From assembly GCF_001194135.2 (NCBI RefSeq), contig NC_068992.1:7915666-7979665 (forward strand): DNA of 64,000 nucleotides. Direction: 5' to 3'. Below, in pieces: positions 21,386-34,859 of this stretch (the first letter of the stretch is position 1; every line of letters starts with the position of its first letter). The stretch is from Octopus bimaculoides. Its lineage: Eukaryota. Under the pieces are notes generated by a model that was not told the origin of the DNA, made no database searches, and saw only the letters and a program-made list of their open reading frames with translations. Made by a program: the position numbers and the translations under genes.

Positions 21386-22277
21386 TCATCATCATCGTTT
21401 AACGTCCGCTTTCCATGCTAGCATGGGTTGGACGATTTGACTGAGGACTGGTGAAACCAGATGGCAACACCAGGCTCCAATCTAATTTGGCAGAGTTTCT
21501 ACAGCTGGATGCCCTTCCTAACGCCAACCACTCAGAGAGTGTAGTGGGTGCTTTTACGTGTCACCCGCACNNNNNNNNNNNNNNNNNNNNNNNNNNNNNN
21601 NNNNNNNNNNNNNNNNNNNNNNNNNNNNNNNNNNNNNNNNNNNNNNNNNNNNNNNNNNNNNNNNNNNNNNNNNNNNNNNNNNNNNNNNNNNNNNNNNNNN
21701 NNNNNNNNNNNNNNNNNNNNNNNNNNNNNNNNNNNNNNNNNNNNNNNNNNNNNNNNNNNNNNNNNNNNNNNNNNNNNNNNNNNNNNNNNNNNNNNNNNNN
21801 NNNNNNNNNNNNNNNNNNNNNNNNNNNNNNNNNNNNNNNNNNNNNNNNNNNNNNNNNNNNNNNNNNNNNNNNNNNNNNNNNNNNNNNNNNNNNNNNNNNN
21901 NNNNNNNNNNNNNNNNNNNNNNNNNNNNNNNNNNNNNNNNNNNNNNNNNNNNNNNNNNNNNNNNNNNNNNNNNNNNNNNNNNNNNNNNNNNNNNNNNNNC
22001 CATTCTCACCACATGTCCATACCAGCGCAATCGTCTCTCTTGCACACCACAACTGATGCTTCTAATGTTCAGCTTTTCTCTCAAGATACTTACACTCTGA
22101 CGGGTATTCACATTGACATTACACATCCAACGGAGCATACTGGCTTCATTCCTTGTGAGCTTACGTATGTCCTCAGCAGTTACAGCCCATGTTTCACTGC
22201 CATGTAGCATGGCTGTTTGTACGCATGCGTCATACAGTCTGCCTTTTACTCTGAGTGAGAGTCCCTTTGCCGCCAGC
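21382..22277 (-). mobile_element. 5'-truncated RTE-clade LINE (RT C-terminus, 3'UTR, (GAT)n tail)
   Basis: Minus-strand ORF KGLSLRVKGRLYDACVQTAMLHGSETWAV...RRLRWYGHVVRM is a typical RTE RT C-terminus; flanked by (TA)n on both sides; internal N-gap. Confidence 0.9.
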
Positions 22278-22319
<42 letters not shown>

Positions 22320-23204
22320 GTATGGAAAAATATTAATATTTGTGCTCTAATCAATACTTACATCTTATAAGTTGTTAGTTCCAAATTTTTTCCATTTGCT
22401 CAACTTTTTACTGGGTATTTGCCAAACAATTTCACTAAATCATTTTCCATGTCTTTTCCAGCCTTTATTTCAACGTCTTTTAACCTAAGATCTTACAAAT
22501 ACTTACTTGGTGGGGATGTCACAGCTAATCTTTTGTGGATAAACTCATCCAGGTTGTAAATAATTGATAGCCATTGTCAGCGGTATTTTTTTCCCAAATT
22601 ATTTAATGTATAAGAATTTCTTCAAAGGTTTTAATTACTTCAGACTCATAAGTGGTATTCTAGAGAATAGTGGAGTGAGAGAGCAGCTGAATATTAAAGT
22701 AGGACAAATAGTAATACTTTAAAAAAAAAATAAACGTCATTTATTTAAATTACTGTATACAATGGTTGCAAATAGAGCAGAAAACATGAAATAGGCCTAG
22801 AATAAACATACAGTTGCCTTGAATGAGATATAACCATAACATTATAATAACAACCGAGTGAAACACTCAAAACTTGTTGGGGCTGCTGTCGTTCCACTTG
22901 ACTTCAAATGTGAGGTTGTATAAGCTGCTGTTGTATTCCTTTCATTTTCTTGACTCAGCTATTGCCAGCTTCCTACGGTGTTGGGTAACACTCTGTTTCC
23001 TAACCTTTCAACTTGATGTAATACTGCTATAGACTGTTGTACTTTAACACAAAATGAACACTGACAGATTAGTATCAACTCCTAAACAATTATAAAGCAA
23101 TTGTATGCTGTAGATTGCTGAAACTGAGGAGAAATACGGGTGATTTAGATATTACTTTTCCCCCTAAACTAGAGACTATAAAACTGAAAGTAACTATCAT
23201 GATC

Positions 23205-23830
23205 ATCATCATGATCATCATCAGTTAACGTCCATTGTCCATGCTGGCATGGGTTGGACAGTTTGACCAGGGCTGGTAAGTTGAGGGGCTGCACCAGGCT
23301 CCAGTCTGATTTGGCATTGTATCTGTGGCTGGATGCCCTTCCTAACACCAACCACTCCAAGAGTGTAATGGGTGCTTTTGCATGCCAGTGGCATGGGTGC
23401 CAGTATTTGCCATGACTATGATTTCACTTGGCTTCACAGCATATTGCCAAAGGTCTTGGTCATCTGTCATTGCCTCTGTGAGGCCCAATGCTTGAATGGT
23501 GCTTTCTATATCCCACTGGCATGACACAAACATCAGCCGCATTGCCTCTGTGAGACCCAACACTTGAAAGATGCTTTTTACATGCCACTTGGCTTGTTGG
23601 GTCTTCTCAAGCACAGCTTATAGCTAAAGGTCTCAGTTTCTAGTCATTGCCTCCATGAGGCCCAATATTTGAAGATCATGCTTCCCCGCTTCATCCCATG
23701 TCTACCTGGGTCTCCCTCCCCCACAACTTCCTTCCACAATTAGAGATCAACACTTCTTCACACAGCTGTCCACATTCATATATATCACATCACCATAATA
23801 ATGCATCTCTCTTGCACACCACAGCCGTTG
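23205..23830 (-). mobile_element. Older diverged RTE-family 3' end
   Basis: Contains the shared CATGCTGGCATGGGTTGGAC...GGATGCCCTTCCTAAC..CAACCAC core and an (ATC)n tail. Confidence 0.6.
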
Positions 23831-24303
23831 GGATCTGATTAATCCTTATGGATCTGATTAACCAAAAGCCACAACCAGTTCCACCAGACACTTAATCATC
23901 TCAGCAGTGACTCCTGATGGGCCAGGGGTCAAAGATTATATACTTATATTGAAGGAAAGCAGAAGTGTTTAGTGAATAATAATAATATTCAAGGACACCA
24001 TTTGCAAGAGAAACAATAGTTAAGCTGAAGAGCTCAGAATAAGACTGAACCATGTATGGAGTTGTTGCTCAGCACTTGTTCAGAAAATGAAAGAAATAAT
24101 ATAAATCTTTGCCCAATATCAGATTTTTTCACACATACATAATGCTAATTTTTAATTAATTTTCTCATGATTCTATATATTAAATATATTAACACTAACT
24201 TAATATTTGCTATGAGGATAGGTCATCTGAAATATGATTTGCTCAAATCTGTCATTTTATATATACTCCCTTTCTGTGGCTCTCCTCTTTTTATTTGATA
24301 CTG

Positions 24304-24342
<39 letters not shown>

Positions 24343-25084
24343 ATGTATCTATATGTACACATATCTTATGCGTATGTATATATACATAATATGTGTTTGT
24401 ATGTGTATGTTCATGTGTATATGCATTTTTAGGGTTAGCATTCCCTGCCTTTCTTTGAAGAAATGTTATCTCAAAACCACTTAATAAAAGAATCAAGTGA
24501 TATCTAAAGTTTGAAGAATAAATAAATAAATAATAAAAACAAAGAATAAAAAACAACAACAATAAAGTTTGCAAAAATATGAATTTCATTTAATGACTCA
24601 TAAATGCCATTTTCACAAACATAGAAGAAAATAGGAAGTTTCTTGATGAAATTCACAACATGGTGACCGTTCTTTATGCATACATGCATGCACACGAGTG
24701 TACACACACAAATATACACACCTACTTACATACATACATACATGTGTATCTATGTACACACACTGGCTTTCATGAGAATTTTCTGGAAAGTCACTTCAAG
24801 GAGAAGATAGTAAAAATATACAAGTCTTTCACTATGTGACTTCAGTAAAGCTGCTGCTTTCTAAGTTTATATTGTCTCAGTTTCAATGCTGGAACCTCGT
24901 TTCTCACATACAGATAGAATTTTCTGTTTTTCTTTGAGAAATTCTAGAAGAGAACACACACACAGACATTTTATAAATATACATATACATATGTAATTTT
25001 ATATTATATATATGCAATATATATATATATATTTTAGATATACATATATACATACATATATGTATACATATGTATATATATATG

Positions 25085-25182
<98 letters not shown>

Positions 25183-25189
25183 TATACAT

Positions 25190-25818
25190 GCCGGTGCCCC
25201 TAGACTGGCTCATGTGCGGGTGACACAAGAAATTTTTCGAGTGAGACCGTTGCCAGTGCCACTGGACTGGCTCTTGTACAGTGCCATTGTAGGATTTTCG
25301 AGCGAGATAGTTGCTGGTACCCCTGGACTGGCTCATGTGCGGGCGACACATGAAATCTTTCGAGTGAGACCGTTGCCAGTGCCCCTGGACTGGCTCTTGT
25401 GCGGGTGACACAAGAAATTTTTCGAGCGAGACCGTTGCCAGTGCCCCTGGACTGACTCTTGTGCGGGGCCGTTGTAGGATTTTCGAGCGAGATCGTTGCT
25501 GGTTCTCCTGGACTGGCTCATGTGCGAGTGACACACGAAATCTTTTTTTCTTTTTTTTTTGTGCGGGTGGCATATGAAATGCACCATTTTGAGCGTGGCC
25601 GTTGCCAGTACCGCCTGACTGGCCTTCGTGCGAGTGACACGTAAAAGCACCCACTACACTCTCTGAGTGGTTGGCGTTAGGAAGGGCATCCAGCTGTAGA
25701 AACTCTGCCAAATCAGATTGGAGCCTGGTGTAGCCATCTGGTTTCACCAGTCCTCAGTCAAATCGTCCAACCCATGCTAGCATGGAAAGCGGACGTTAAA
25801 CGACGACGACGACGACTT
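25190..25818 (+). mobile_element. RTE-family 3'UTR fragment with a ~61-62-bp tandem array and a (GAC)n tail
   Basis: 25650-25800 is the reverse complement of 21397-21570; CGAG(T/C)GAGA anchors recur at 61-62-nt spacing (25239, 25300, 25362, 25424, 25485). Confidence 0.85.
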
Positions 25819-26229
25819 ACATATATAAGCACACACATACAATTATGCAAAAAAAAAGAAAGTGATTTAAGGTGATTTAGTTGTTGATTTTAGCACATTA
25901 CACGACCACGTGATACCTTCCTCGTTTCTTTTTCACTCTGACATGCATTGATGTCTTTCGATATTTTTCTTCCCAAAAGTACATTTCATGGAATGATGAT
26001 GCACTCAAAGCAAAAGATTCGGACTGATATTAAAAAAAATTCGGAAAAGAGTGGAGATTTAAGGATTTATGGGTGGAGGTGTTAAAAATTGAAAGATGAA
26101 AAAAAAAAAAGTTGTGAGGAGTTATATGGGGGTGCTTAAACCAGAATTCCGCCCTTTCTGGATGTGAATGGAATTATAGAAGACTAAAAACTCAGAAATG
26201 TCTTCTGTTTAATAAATTATCGTTCAATG

Positions 26230-26580
26230 ATCACTTCTGTGTGTGACAGTGGTCTAGCTACGAAGCTTCTCGCATTCACTCTTTTACTCTGCTTCTGTCT
26301 CTCTCTCGACGCTTGACGTTCATCAGAGACAAGAGAGGGGGGGCACCCTCTAGTGATGGAGACGGGAAAATACACACTAGTTGCTAGCAAGGGGTAGATA
26401 ACTCTTGCCTCTGACGTCAGACAAACATGGAGGCTTATGTCCTTTCTCGACGTCCAGAGATGTTTTGATGTTTCAGGTAAGTGGAGACCAGTGTTATAGT
26501 CGACGATCTCTAACCCATTTCTTTTATCCGATAAGATGAAGTCCACATCTTCGGTACAAACGTTGCATTACGATCACCAG
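26230..26580. promoter_or_regulatory. Candidate promoter or 5' exon island
   Basis: Unique, CpG-richer than flanks; TGACGTCA at 26412-26419; TTGCTAGCAA palindrome 26381-26390; consensus donor CAG|GTAAGT 26474-26482. Confidence 0.3.
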
Positions 26581-28086
26581 CATTTTTGTGAAGACAATAA
26601 TGTGGTAATTGTACGACTAAGGCACCTGTTACAATTTAAAATGAAAACTAATGGACTTAAAACATGACACGGACAGACATAGCATCTATCCATTCATCTT
26701 TCCATGTGTCTGTCTGTCTATCTATCTATCTATCTATCTGTCTGTCTAGCTATCTACTTATCTATCTATCTATTTATACATCTATCTATCTATCTATCTA
26801 CTTATCTATCTATCTATTTATCTATCTATCTATTTATACATCTATCTGTCTATTTATAGATCTATCTATCTATCTACACGCACATTTATACACACACATA
26901 TGTCAAATATGTTTGTATGTCAAATACATATACATTTACGAGTTACATACACACAATATATATGTGTGTATATATATTAATATTATCTCATTTAAAAAAA
27001 ATCTTGACAATGTAAATATGTTAATAGTTACCATGGGTAGCAAAAATCACAAAAAACCAGGATATCACACTCGTTTTATAGATAGAGATACCAAGTTAAA
27101 GCGATGCATTTTGAGTAGATATGAATAATAACAATAAATTGAGCGAAACGCAAAAGGAACTTTTATTTATATGCGTTTTGCTCCATTTATTGTTAGTATT
27201 CACACACATATATATATATATGTGCATGTGTGTGTACGCCCAGCCTGGCGACGGCTGGTTAACATGGAACAGATAAAAGTATATATACATAAACGTTTTC
27301 TATACACATGTATAGATGTTATACACACACACATGTGTGTGTGTGTGTGTGTAATCACCTCGTTTCTGATTCCTTTAGGTATAATTATGTTTATTATTAT
27401 AATGTTGCTATGAACTTCTATGATAACGAAATTGCTCAGCCGAAAGCAAAAAGGAGAATTACAAGCTGTAAACATTCATAAAATGGGGAGGAACTAGAAA
27501 AAGAAAATAACACATTAAAATCTGGAAAAAGAAAAAAAGGAGGAAAGTGACCGAGGCGTTTTGGATTGTTCTGTGTTTTTCTTCGTATTACTATTTTAAG
27601 AATTGATCCTAATGAGTTAATGTTGATCTAAGTGTCTCTTAAATCTATCTATCTATCTATCTATCTAAAGCTCATACATTATATTATGTATGTTGTTTAA
27701 TCACAATAGAATCATACGTTTATACACGCACGTTTTATATGTATGTATGTATGTATGTGCAAATGTTTATCCCCACACATGCTTATACGCATATGTTTAT
27801 ATACAAATATATGTTTATACATACGCACACTCACATAAACATATACATATTCTACATTCTATATGATAAAAGTCTAAAAGCTGACACAAGACAATAGATG
27901 TATTCGTCTTTGGACTAGAATACAGAGAGAATCCTTATTCCACCCACCTCCTGTTAGTAGCAGACAGCTACCAATATTTACTGTTCTACAATAGAGCAGA
28001 GCCATATATATTTATTTATATTCCAGGCTACAAACACGGGCGTTCGTTTTAGGGGAAACACTTACATATTCTGGCTGTGTGTGAGT

Positions 28087-28137
<51 letters not shown>

Positions 28138-28738
28138 GCTCAGTACATAAATATTGACTGATGTATATTTCTCCCTTGTTATTTTGATGGCTGTTATATA
28201 TATATATATGTGTGTGTGTGTATGTTATATAGCACAAACTATATATAGACATTGTTGCACCTGCTGAGCAAAATGTGTATATGAGGGGTTTTTTCTGCGT
28301 GTTTGTGTGTATGCGTTGTCGCACACATATATAGGATTTGTAGGGTTATTTGTAGACTTAGCTGCTTTCGGCAGATGAGCCTTCGCTGGAATTTTTCATC
28401 CTGTGTTTTTCCACCTATTTTTATTTCCATGTCAAATAAGTCCTTGTTGCAGACGTTTTGTTTCCCCTTATCCGCCCTATAAATACGCGATTGTTGAAAT
28501 TCCTTCATCCCTATCTTGTGGGAAAAAAAGACTGACTATGGCAGTCCTGTTTAAATGCCAACCCCAACAATTTGTCTTGTTTATTTCTGTCACTATCTTG
28601 TGCTATCCTGTTCGTCTGTCTGTGTGTATCTATCCCGTATTGCTTGGCCATCCATCTATCTGGTCAAATGACATGATTTTCTCTATATGTGTGAAAGAAA
28701 GTCTTGTCGCAACGACGGAACATATCTATACATCTGTT

Positions 28739-28907
28739 TTGGATATACAAATGAAATAGTCTTCAATGCTTCTACAAAGAGTCTATTCGTTCCAAGCTGG
28801 CGACTAACTCCGTCACTGTTCTGTTGGATATACAAATGAAATAGTCTTCAATGCCTGTACAAAGATATTATTCGTTCCATTTGGCGACTAACTCCGTCAC
28901 TGTTCTG
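28739..28907. repeat. Tandem duplication of an ~85-bp unit
   Basis: TTGGATATACAAATGAAATAGTCTTCAATGC...GGCGACTAACTCCGTCACTGTTCTG at 28739 and 28824. Confidence 0.9.
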
Positions 28908-29149
28908 TGTTTCTTGCAGCTGTGCGTTTTGTTCTGTGATTGAGTCTCGACTTAGAACAATTATTGTATAAACAATGAGGTTATTACATTTAACACGCGT
29001 TTCCCTCTGGGCATGTCTGTCTCCTTGATGTGATATTTTCTTGGTGAATCAAGAAATGATGGATTTTTCCTTCTTAATATTTCTTATGCAAGTTTTCATT
29101 TTATCGTGCTTGGAATACGAAAGTACCTGGCAACTGTGGATAGCCTGTG

Positions 29150-29470
29150 TGTGTGTATGTATGTATATATATATATATATGAATATGTATATGTATGTAT
29201 ATATATATGAATATGTATATGTATGTATATATATATATGAATATGTATATGTATGTATATATATATGAATATGTATATGTATGTATATATATATGAATAT
29301 GTATATGTATGTATATATATATGAATATGTATATGTATGTATATATATATGAATATGTATATGTATNNNNNNNNNNNNNNNNNNNNNNNNNNNNNNNNNN
29401 NNNNNNNNNNNNNNNNNNNNNNNNNNNNNNNNNNNNNNNNNNNNNNNNNNNNNNNNNNNNNNNNNNNNNN

Positions 29471-29533
<63 letters not shown>

Positions 29534-29595
29534 GTGTATGTATATATATGTGTGTATATGTATGTATGTATATAATATATATATATACATACATA
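29150..29595. repeat. AT-rich minisatellite (ATGAATATGTATATGTATGTAT(AT)n) plus (TA)n across a gap
   Basis: Direct reading. Confidence 0.9.
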
Positions 29596-32500
29596 CACAC
29601 TCAATTGGATTGTGTAGATTCACATTTATCTTTATATATGAGAGAGAGAGAGAGAACTTTATCGAAGGCTGGATATTTGGATTCACTTTAAATGCCATCT
29701 TTGTCGATTAACGACTATTAATTTGCCTCTAGACTTTCTTTCAAAGCACCTCAAAGGGTACAGACTACAATTGTTCTTTTCCTCTTTTCTTCTACCTGAA
29801 TATAACGAAAACATTTCAAGTGGAAGATGTCAAACTTTCTCTGTACTTAACTGGCAGAATCGTCACCACGTCATGCAAAATGCTTTGTGGCATTTCGTTT
29901 GTCATTACGTTCTGAGTTCATATTCCACCAAGGTCTACTTTACTTCTCTTCCATATGGGGTTGATAAAATAAGTACCAGTTGAACACTCTGTTCAATGTA
30001 TTTGACCTACCTGTTCCTCCGAATTTGCCGGCATTGTACCAAAATTTAAAACCAATATATAACCCTGAAAGAAATGTCGGTGTGGCCACGGATGGTATTG
30101 CACCTAATCAAATACAAGCATTTGTATAATACCCGATTATGTTGTGGTTGAAGACTTCCACAAAAAGTTTTGGCCCAGCAGCAGTTGCAATAGTTTATTC
30201 TTCGATTTTGCTTAATTCTAGCAGAAACAGTTTGTCTCCAGCCAATCAACAGTCATTAAAATCCTTTTTTGCCCTGTTTTTGATTAACTCTACAATTACT
30301 TTGAAAACAGTTGCAGCTACTAGTTCTGTATGACAACAGTTTGTGTTGTTTCACTGACGATTTTATTCCAATTAGGAATCGAACTCATAGTTCTGAGATA
30401 TCTTTTATGTGCCACGTCAAAACGGTAGAGTAGGGGCCGAAACCGGACGTGGTTTCTCCTGATGATGTCTTGAGCTAACTGGATCCTATAAAGGAGCTGT
30501 TGTGGTAGCAGACCACGAAACATGGTTGAAATTCCTTCCCTGTTTCAGTCACTGCACTGCAGCCATGCTAGAGTAATGTCTTGAAGGGTTTGGTCGGCAG
30601 AGCAATTTCTTAACCACTCGAACACTCGCACTTTTGTATATATTTACTTATTAATTTTTAACTTCTACTCCGACAAGTACAGCGAAGTCTTGGGTTCGCT
30701 GAAGATGCTCCACGAAAAGATCAAAACATGTTTGGAGTTGTCTCCCGTCCCTGCTAAAACACCCAAAATATTATNNNNNNNNNNNNNNNNNNNNNNNNNN
30801 NNNNNNNNNNNNNNNNNNNNNNNNNNNNNNNNNNNNNNNNNNNNNNNNNNNNNNNNNNNNNNNNNNNNNNNNNNNNNNNNNNNNNNNNNNNNNNNNNNNN
30901 NNNNNNNNNNNNNNNNNNNNNNNNNNNNNNNNNNNNNNNNNNNNNNNNNNNNTATATATATATATATATGTATGATGCAAGGGGCATCAAAAGTAAAATT
31001 CAATCATGGTGTATAATTAATTCGTTATTTTTGCAATACTTCAGCCTTCATTTGTTGAACCTATGGTGACAAACGTTCCTTTTACATACACGTGGCTTTT
31101 ACATAAAAGTCGGTTGAGCAAACAGCCCTAGCTGGCCCCATGGAAAAGCTTTTGAAATGGACGAGTAAACGAGAAAACCTCGCTATGCTGTCGCTCGATT
31201 TGTTAGCAGTAACGAGTAAATCATATGAAATCACAACCTACTGTCTTAAAAACAAAGGAAGGACATTTTAAATAATGCAGATTTTATGTAAACATGTAAA
31301 AGAAAAAAATTTTAATGGGTGCAATTTGAACACTTTTGATCAATGTTGACTATAGGCTAAGCAAACATAAAAAAAAACAAGTGTATTAATCATTCGGAAA
31401 TCCCAAGCACGTCGATACTGAATGAGTTATCGAGGTTGACAGATGACATATTTGGAGGTGTGTCTGTAAAGAATATGCGTGTGTATACGCACACATATAC
31501 TTAATATTATTAAAATATTTAACTTCCTTGTATTGTCATTTCGATACAAGGAAATAATTTTACGTCATTACAAATCATTTTCACTTTGATTCACACATTT
31601 TAAATGTATCTGTGTGGCTACACACGCAAACGATGTACACTAAAATATTGGATACTATTGAAAGTAACCTCCTACTCCTGACTTAAATCAAAACATACAA
31701 CGATTCTCTCTTTATCACCTCCTTCCTCCTTCTTCCTCATCACCAGCCCGCAACTCTGTATACTTAGTCTAGTCTATTAAGTACGGTCCTAAAAGTTTAT
31801 CCGGTGCATCTACCCACTTCTCCCCCCCCCATCCTTTTATCATTCATACACTCTCTTCCTCTTCTCTTAAAAACGCTGTTGTTTAAAAACCTCCACAACC
31901 CCGTGACCATCCCATTTTTTTTGATTATTCAGGCAATATTTCGAGGACTACCTCATACAATGTATCTTTCATACGCTTCATGGACAGTGGCGTATAAATT
32001 TAGAAAGAGATTTCGCTGTTATTTCCAGCAGCTCACGTGTTTAGTGGTAGGTAGGGTTTTAATGGAATCGCTCGAGTCAATTGATTGTGTAGTCTTGGGT
32101 TCAAAGACGTTCCAAGCGCGACTATTTCTACTTTTTTTGTTACATTCAGATATCGTGTATCTAGGACTACATTATCCGGTGTGTCATTTTTCTTTTTTCT
32201 TTCCATCTTTTTTTTTCTTGTTTGTTGTGTGTAAGTTGAGAAGGATTTAGCTTCTATTTCTATCATACCGAGCGACCACGTAGACATTGTTGTTTGCTCA
32301 TTTACAAGCTGTTTTCTATCTCTGCATCTTTGTTCTGATCTATCCGTCTGTCTCCTCTTTTCAGCATCACTGACTATATATATATATATATATATCTCCC
32401 TTTCTCCTTCAAAAATCTACCTCTCTCCATCACTCTTTCACAATCAACATTTTTTTTTCTATTCTCCAACGTATCGCACTTCCTCCCCCCCCCTCTTTTA

Positions 32501-33012
32501 TGTCTATCGTTATCTCTCCATTCGTCTGTCTGTCTCTCATCTATGTCAGTTTGTCTATCGATGTCTCTCTGCCTTTTATACACATCAATGCCTCTCTCTT
32601 TAATGCTGGCATCTTGTCGATCCATCTCCAACCTCACTCACGAACTCTGTCGTCGTCACTCTTTCTCCATCTGGCTGTCTCAGCATCGAACATTTCCCCC
32701 TCCCTCTTTCTTTCCAAATCCGCTCTTCTCTTCGTCGCCATCGCAATTTCTTTTTCACTCTCATAATTCCGTTCCACTTTACTCAGCCTCTACCTCTCAC
32801 TCCTCCAACTGCTCTACTCACACTCATCTTACACACAGAACAACTCAGCTGATTTACCAATAATCACTTGTATATCCTACAGAGAAAGCGATGTTGCTGT
32901 CCTGTCATGGTTTACCTACAAACCCATCACATTCCACTATAAACAGGCTTTAGCGAGTATGTGTTTTTTTGTTTTTGTTTGTATTTGCCACTTTCTTACT
33001 CTAACACACTAT

Positions 33013-33043
<31 letters not shown>

Positions 33044-33139
33044 TCTTTCTGTCTGTCAATCTATGTATATGTCTACCTGAGTACATATTTCTTTGTGCCA
33101 CACGTTTATGTATTTATATCTTTACACACGTTCGCATGA

Positions 33140-33187
<48 letters not shown>

Positions 33188-34359
33188 ATCGTTTATGTAA
33201 ATATTGTACCTACCCATTTTGTGTGTACATGTTTGTGTTAGTATGTGTGTGTGTCGTGCTTGAGTGAGTCTAAATATGTATGTGTGTGTGTGTGTGTGTG
33301 TGTATTCTTATCATTCTTCTTTCCACTCATCTCCCTAGTGTTGGTAATGCTAGTACCTGGTACTCTCTATCAGTACTTTTTCTACCTATCTTGTAACACC
33401 TCTTCATTTACTCTTGTCCACCTCTATTACTACCCGTTCATCCTTTGCCACCCTTTCATCTCAATTACTGTTTCTCCCATCATAATCTCGCATCTTCTAC
33501 TCACCCATCCATCCTGGTTCTTCCATCCACCTTCTCAGTCTCTTGCCATGGATGAATGAACACGTCACAGAGTAACGATGACTCTTTAGTCTTACAAGGG
33601 AAACTCACCAGTGCTGGTGCCCTACTAAAATGCATGCAGTACGTCCTGTAATGTGGTTGATGAAAGGAAGAGCATCATGCTATAGAAACCAAATCCCAAA
33701 TTGAGTTTACAAGTCAGATATTGTCGTCTGATCCATCTGGGAAGGCAATAACAAACAAAATGTCAACTGACTCAGATTGCTGTGACTTGTTCAACTCCTC
33801 TTAGCACCAGCATTGATAGTAGACCTAAAATAACGGTGACGTTACATGTGTGAGTGTGTATGTATCACGTCCTCACGTTGTTGTTTTTTTGTTATTGTTT
33901 TTCGTGTTTTTTTGAACTTATATATATATATATATATATATATAATGTACATGCATATATCCATACATATATGTACATACCTGCATCTATATGTAAACAT
34001 ACATGCATATATGGGTAGAGGACATCACAAAGAAACGTTAAACACAATGAGAAACGAAAACATAAAGAGGAAGACAGAAAACGAACTTTTTTTCGAACAA
34101 CGAAAAAAACAAACAAAGAAACGAGACATGCAACATAAAGAATATTACCCTTCTTCAGTTGTCCCTGTTCCATCTACTCCGCGTTTCGAAGGCAAGGACA
34201 TTACGTGACTTCGTTGGAACAGTCCTTCCCGCAAAGCAAATATATATATATATATATGTATATGTATGTGTATATATATATATATATATATATGAGTGTA
34301 TGCATGTGTGTGTGTGTGTATATATGCCCATAGACATGGCTGTATGCTAAGAAGTTCAC

Positions 34360-34593
34360 AACCACTAAGTTACGGGGATGTAAACACACCAGCATCGGTT
34401 GTCAAGCGATGGTGGGGGGACAAACACAGACACGGACTTCTTTCAGTTTCCATCTACCAAATCCACTCACAAGGCATTGGTCGGTCCGAGGATATAGAAG
34501 AAGACACTTGCCCAAGGTGCTATGCAGTGGGACTGAACCCGGAACCATGTGGTTGGTAAGCAAGCTACTTACCACACAGCCACTCCTGCGCCT
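34360..34593 (-). mobile_element. SINE family B copy lacking the internal microsatellite
   Basis: Same head and body, with CAAACACAGACACGGACTTCTTTCAG joined directly. Confidence 0.8.
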
Positions 34594-34859
34594 GATAGAA
34601 GATTACAAACAAATGACATTTTTATATGACCAGTAACTTTGTTTACAATCAGTACACAATGTGACTGCAAGGACACACACACAAGCATCATTTGTTTCTA
34701 TGCCCACCTCCATTTTAGCATCTCTTTTACACATTCAGAGATGCGAAGCCAGCAGATAATTTACTGATGGGGAAAAATACATCATTATCACCGATTGTAA
34801 CTTGAGATTTTTGGAGAGGTACAAATGTAAACAGAGATATGCATACATACATATCTTTG

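Noticed and set aside
21451-21570. Recurrent [37 protein letters not shown] as a multicopy small protein
   Set aside because: It is a reading of the RTE 3'UTR (antisense at 21451, 25747, 35151 and 63470); no independent gene structure.
24904-25203. YI/IY-repeat ORFs (also 29049-29711, 36722-37641) and X-filled ORFs over gaps
   Set aside because: Artefacts of (TA)n/(CA)n microsatellites and N-runs.
25190-25650. CRISPR-like array
   Set aside because: Units are contiguous tandem repeats without unique spacers, inside an RTE 3'UTR of a eukaryote; no cas genes.
28353-28390. Minus-strand hammerhead-like GGC-TCATCT-GCC-GAAAGC motif (similar partial motifs at ~20768 and ~43640)
   Set aside because: The CUGANGA box or the GAAA partner is missing or mutated and there is no helix I pairing; too degenerate to support.
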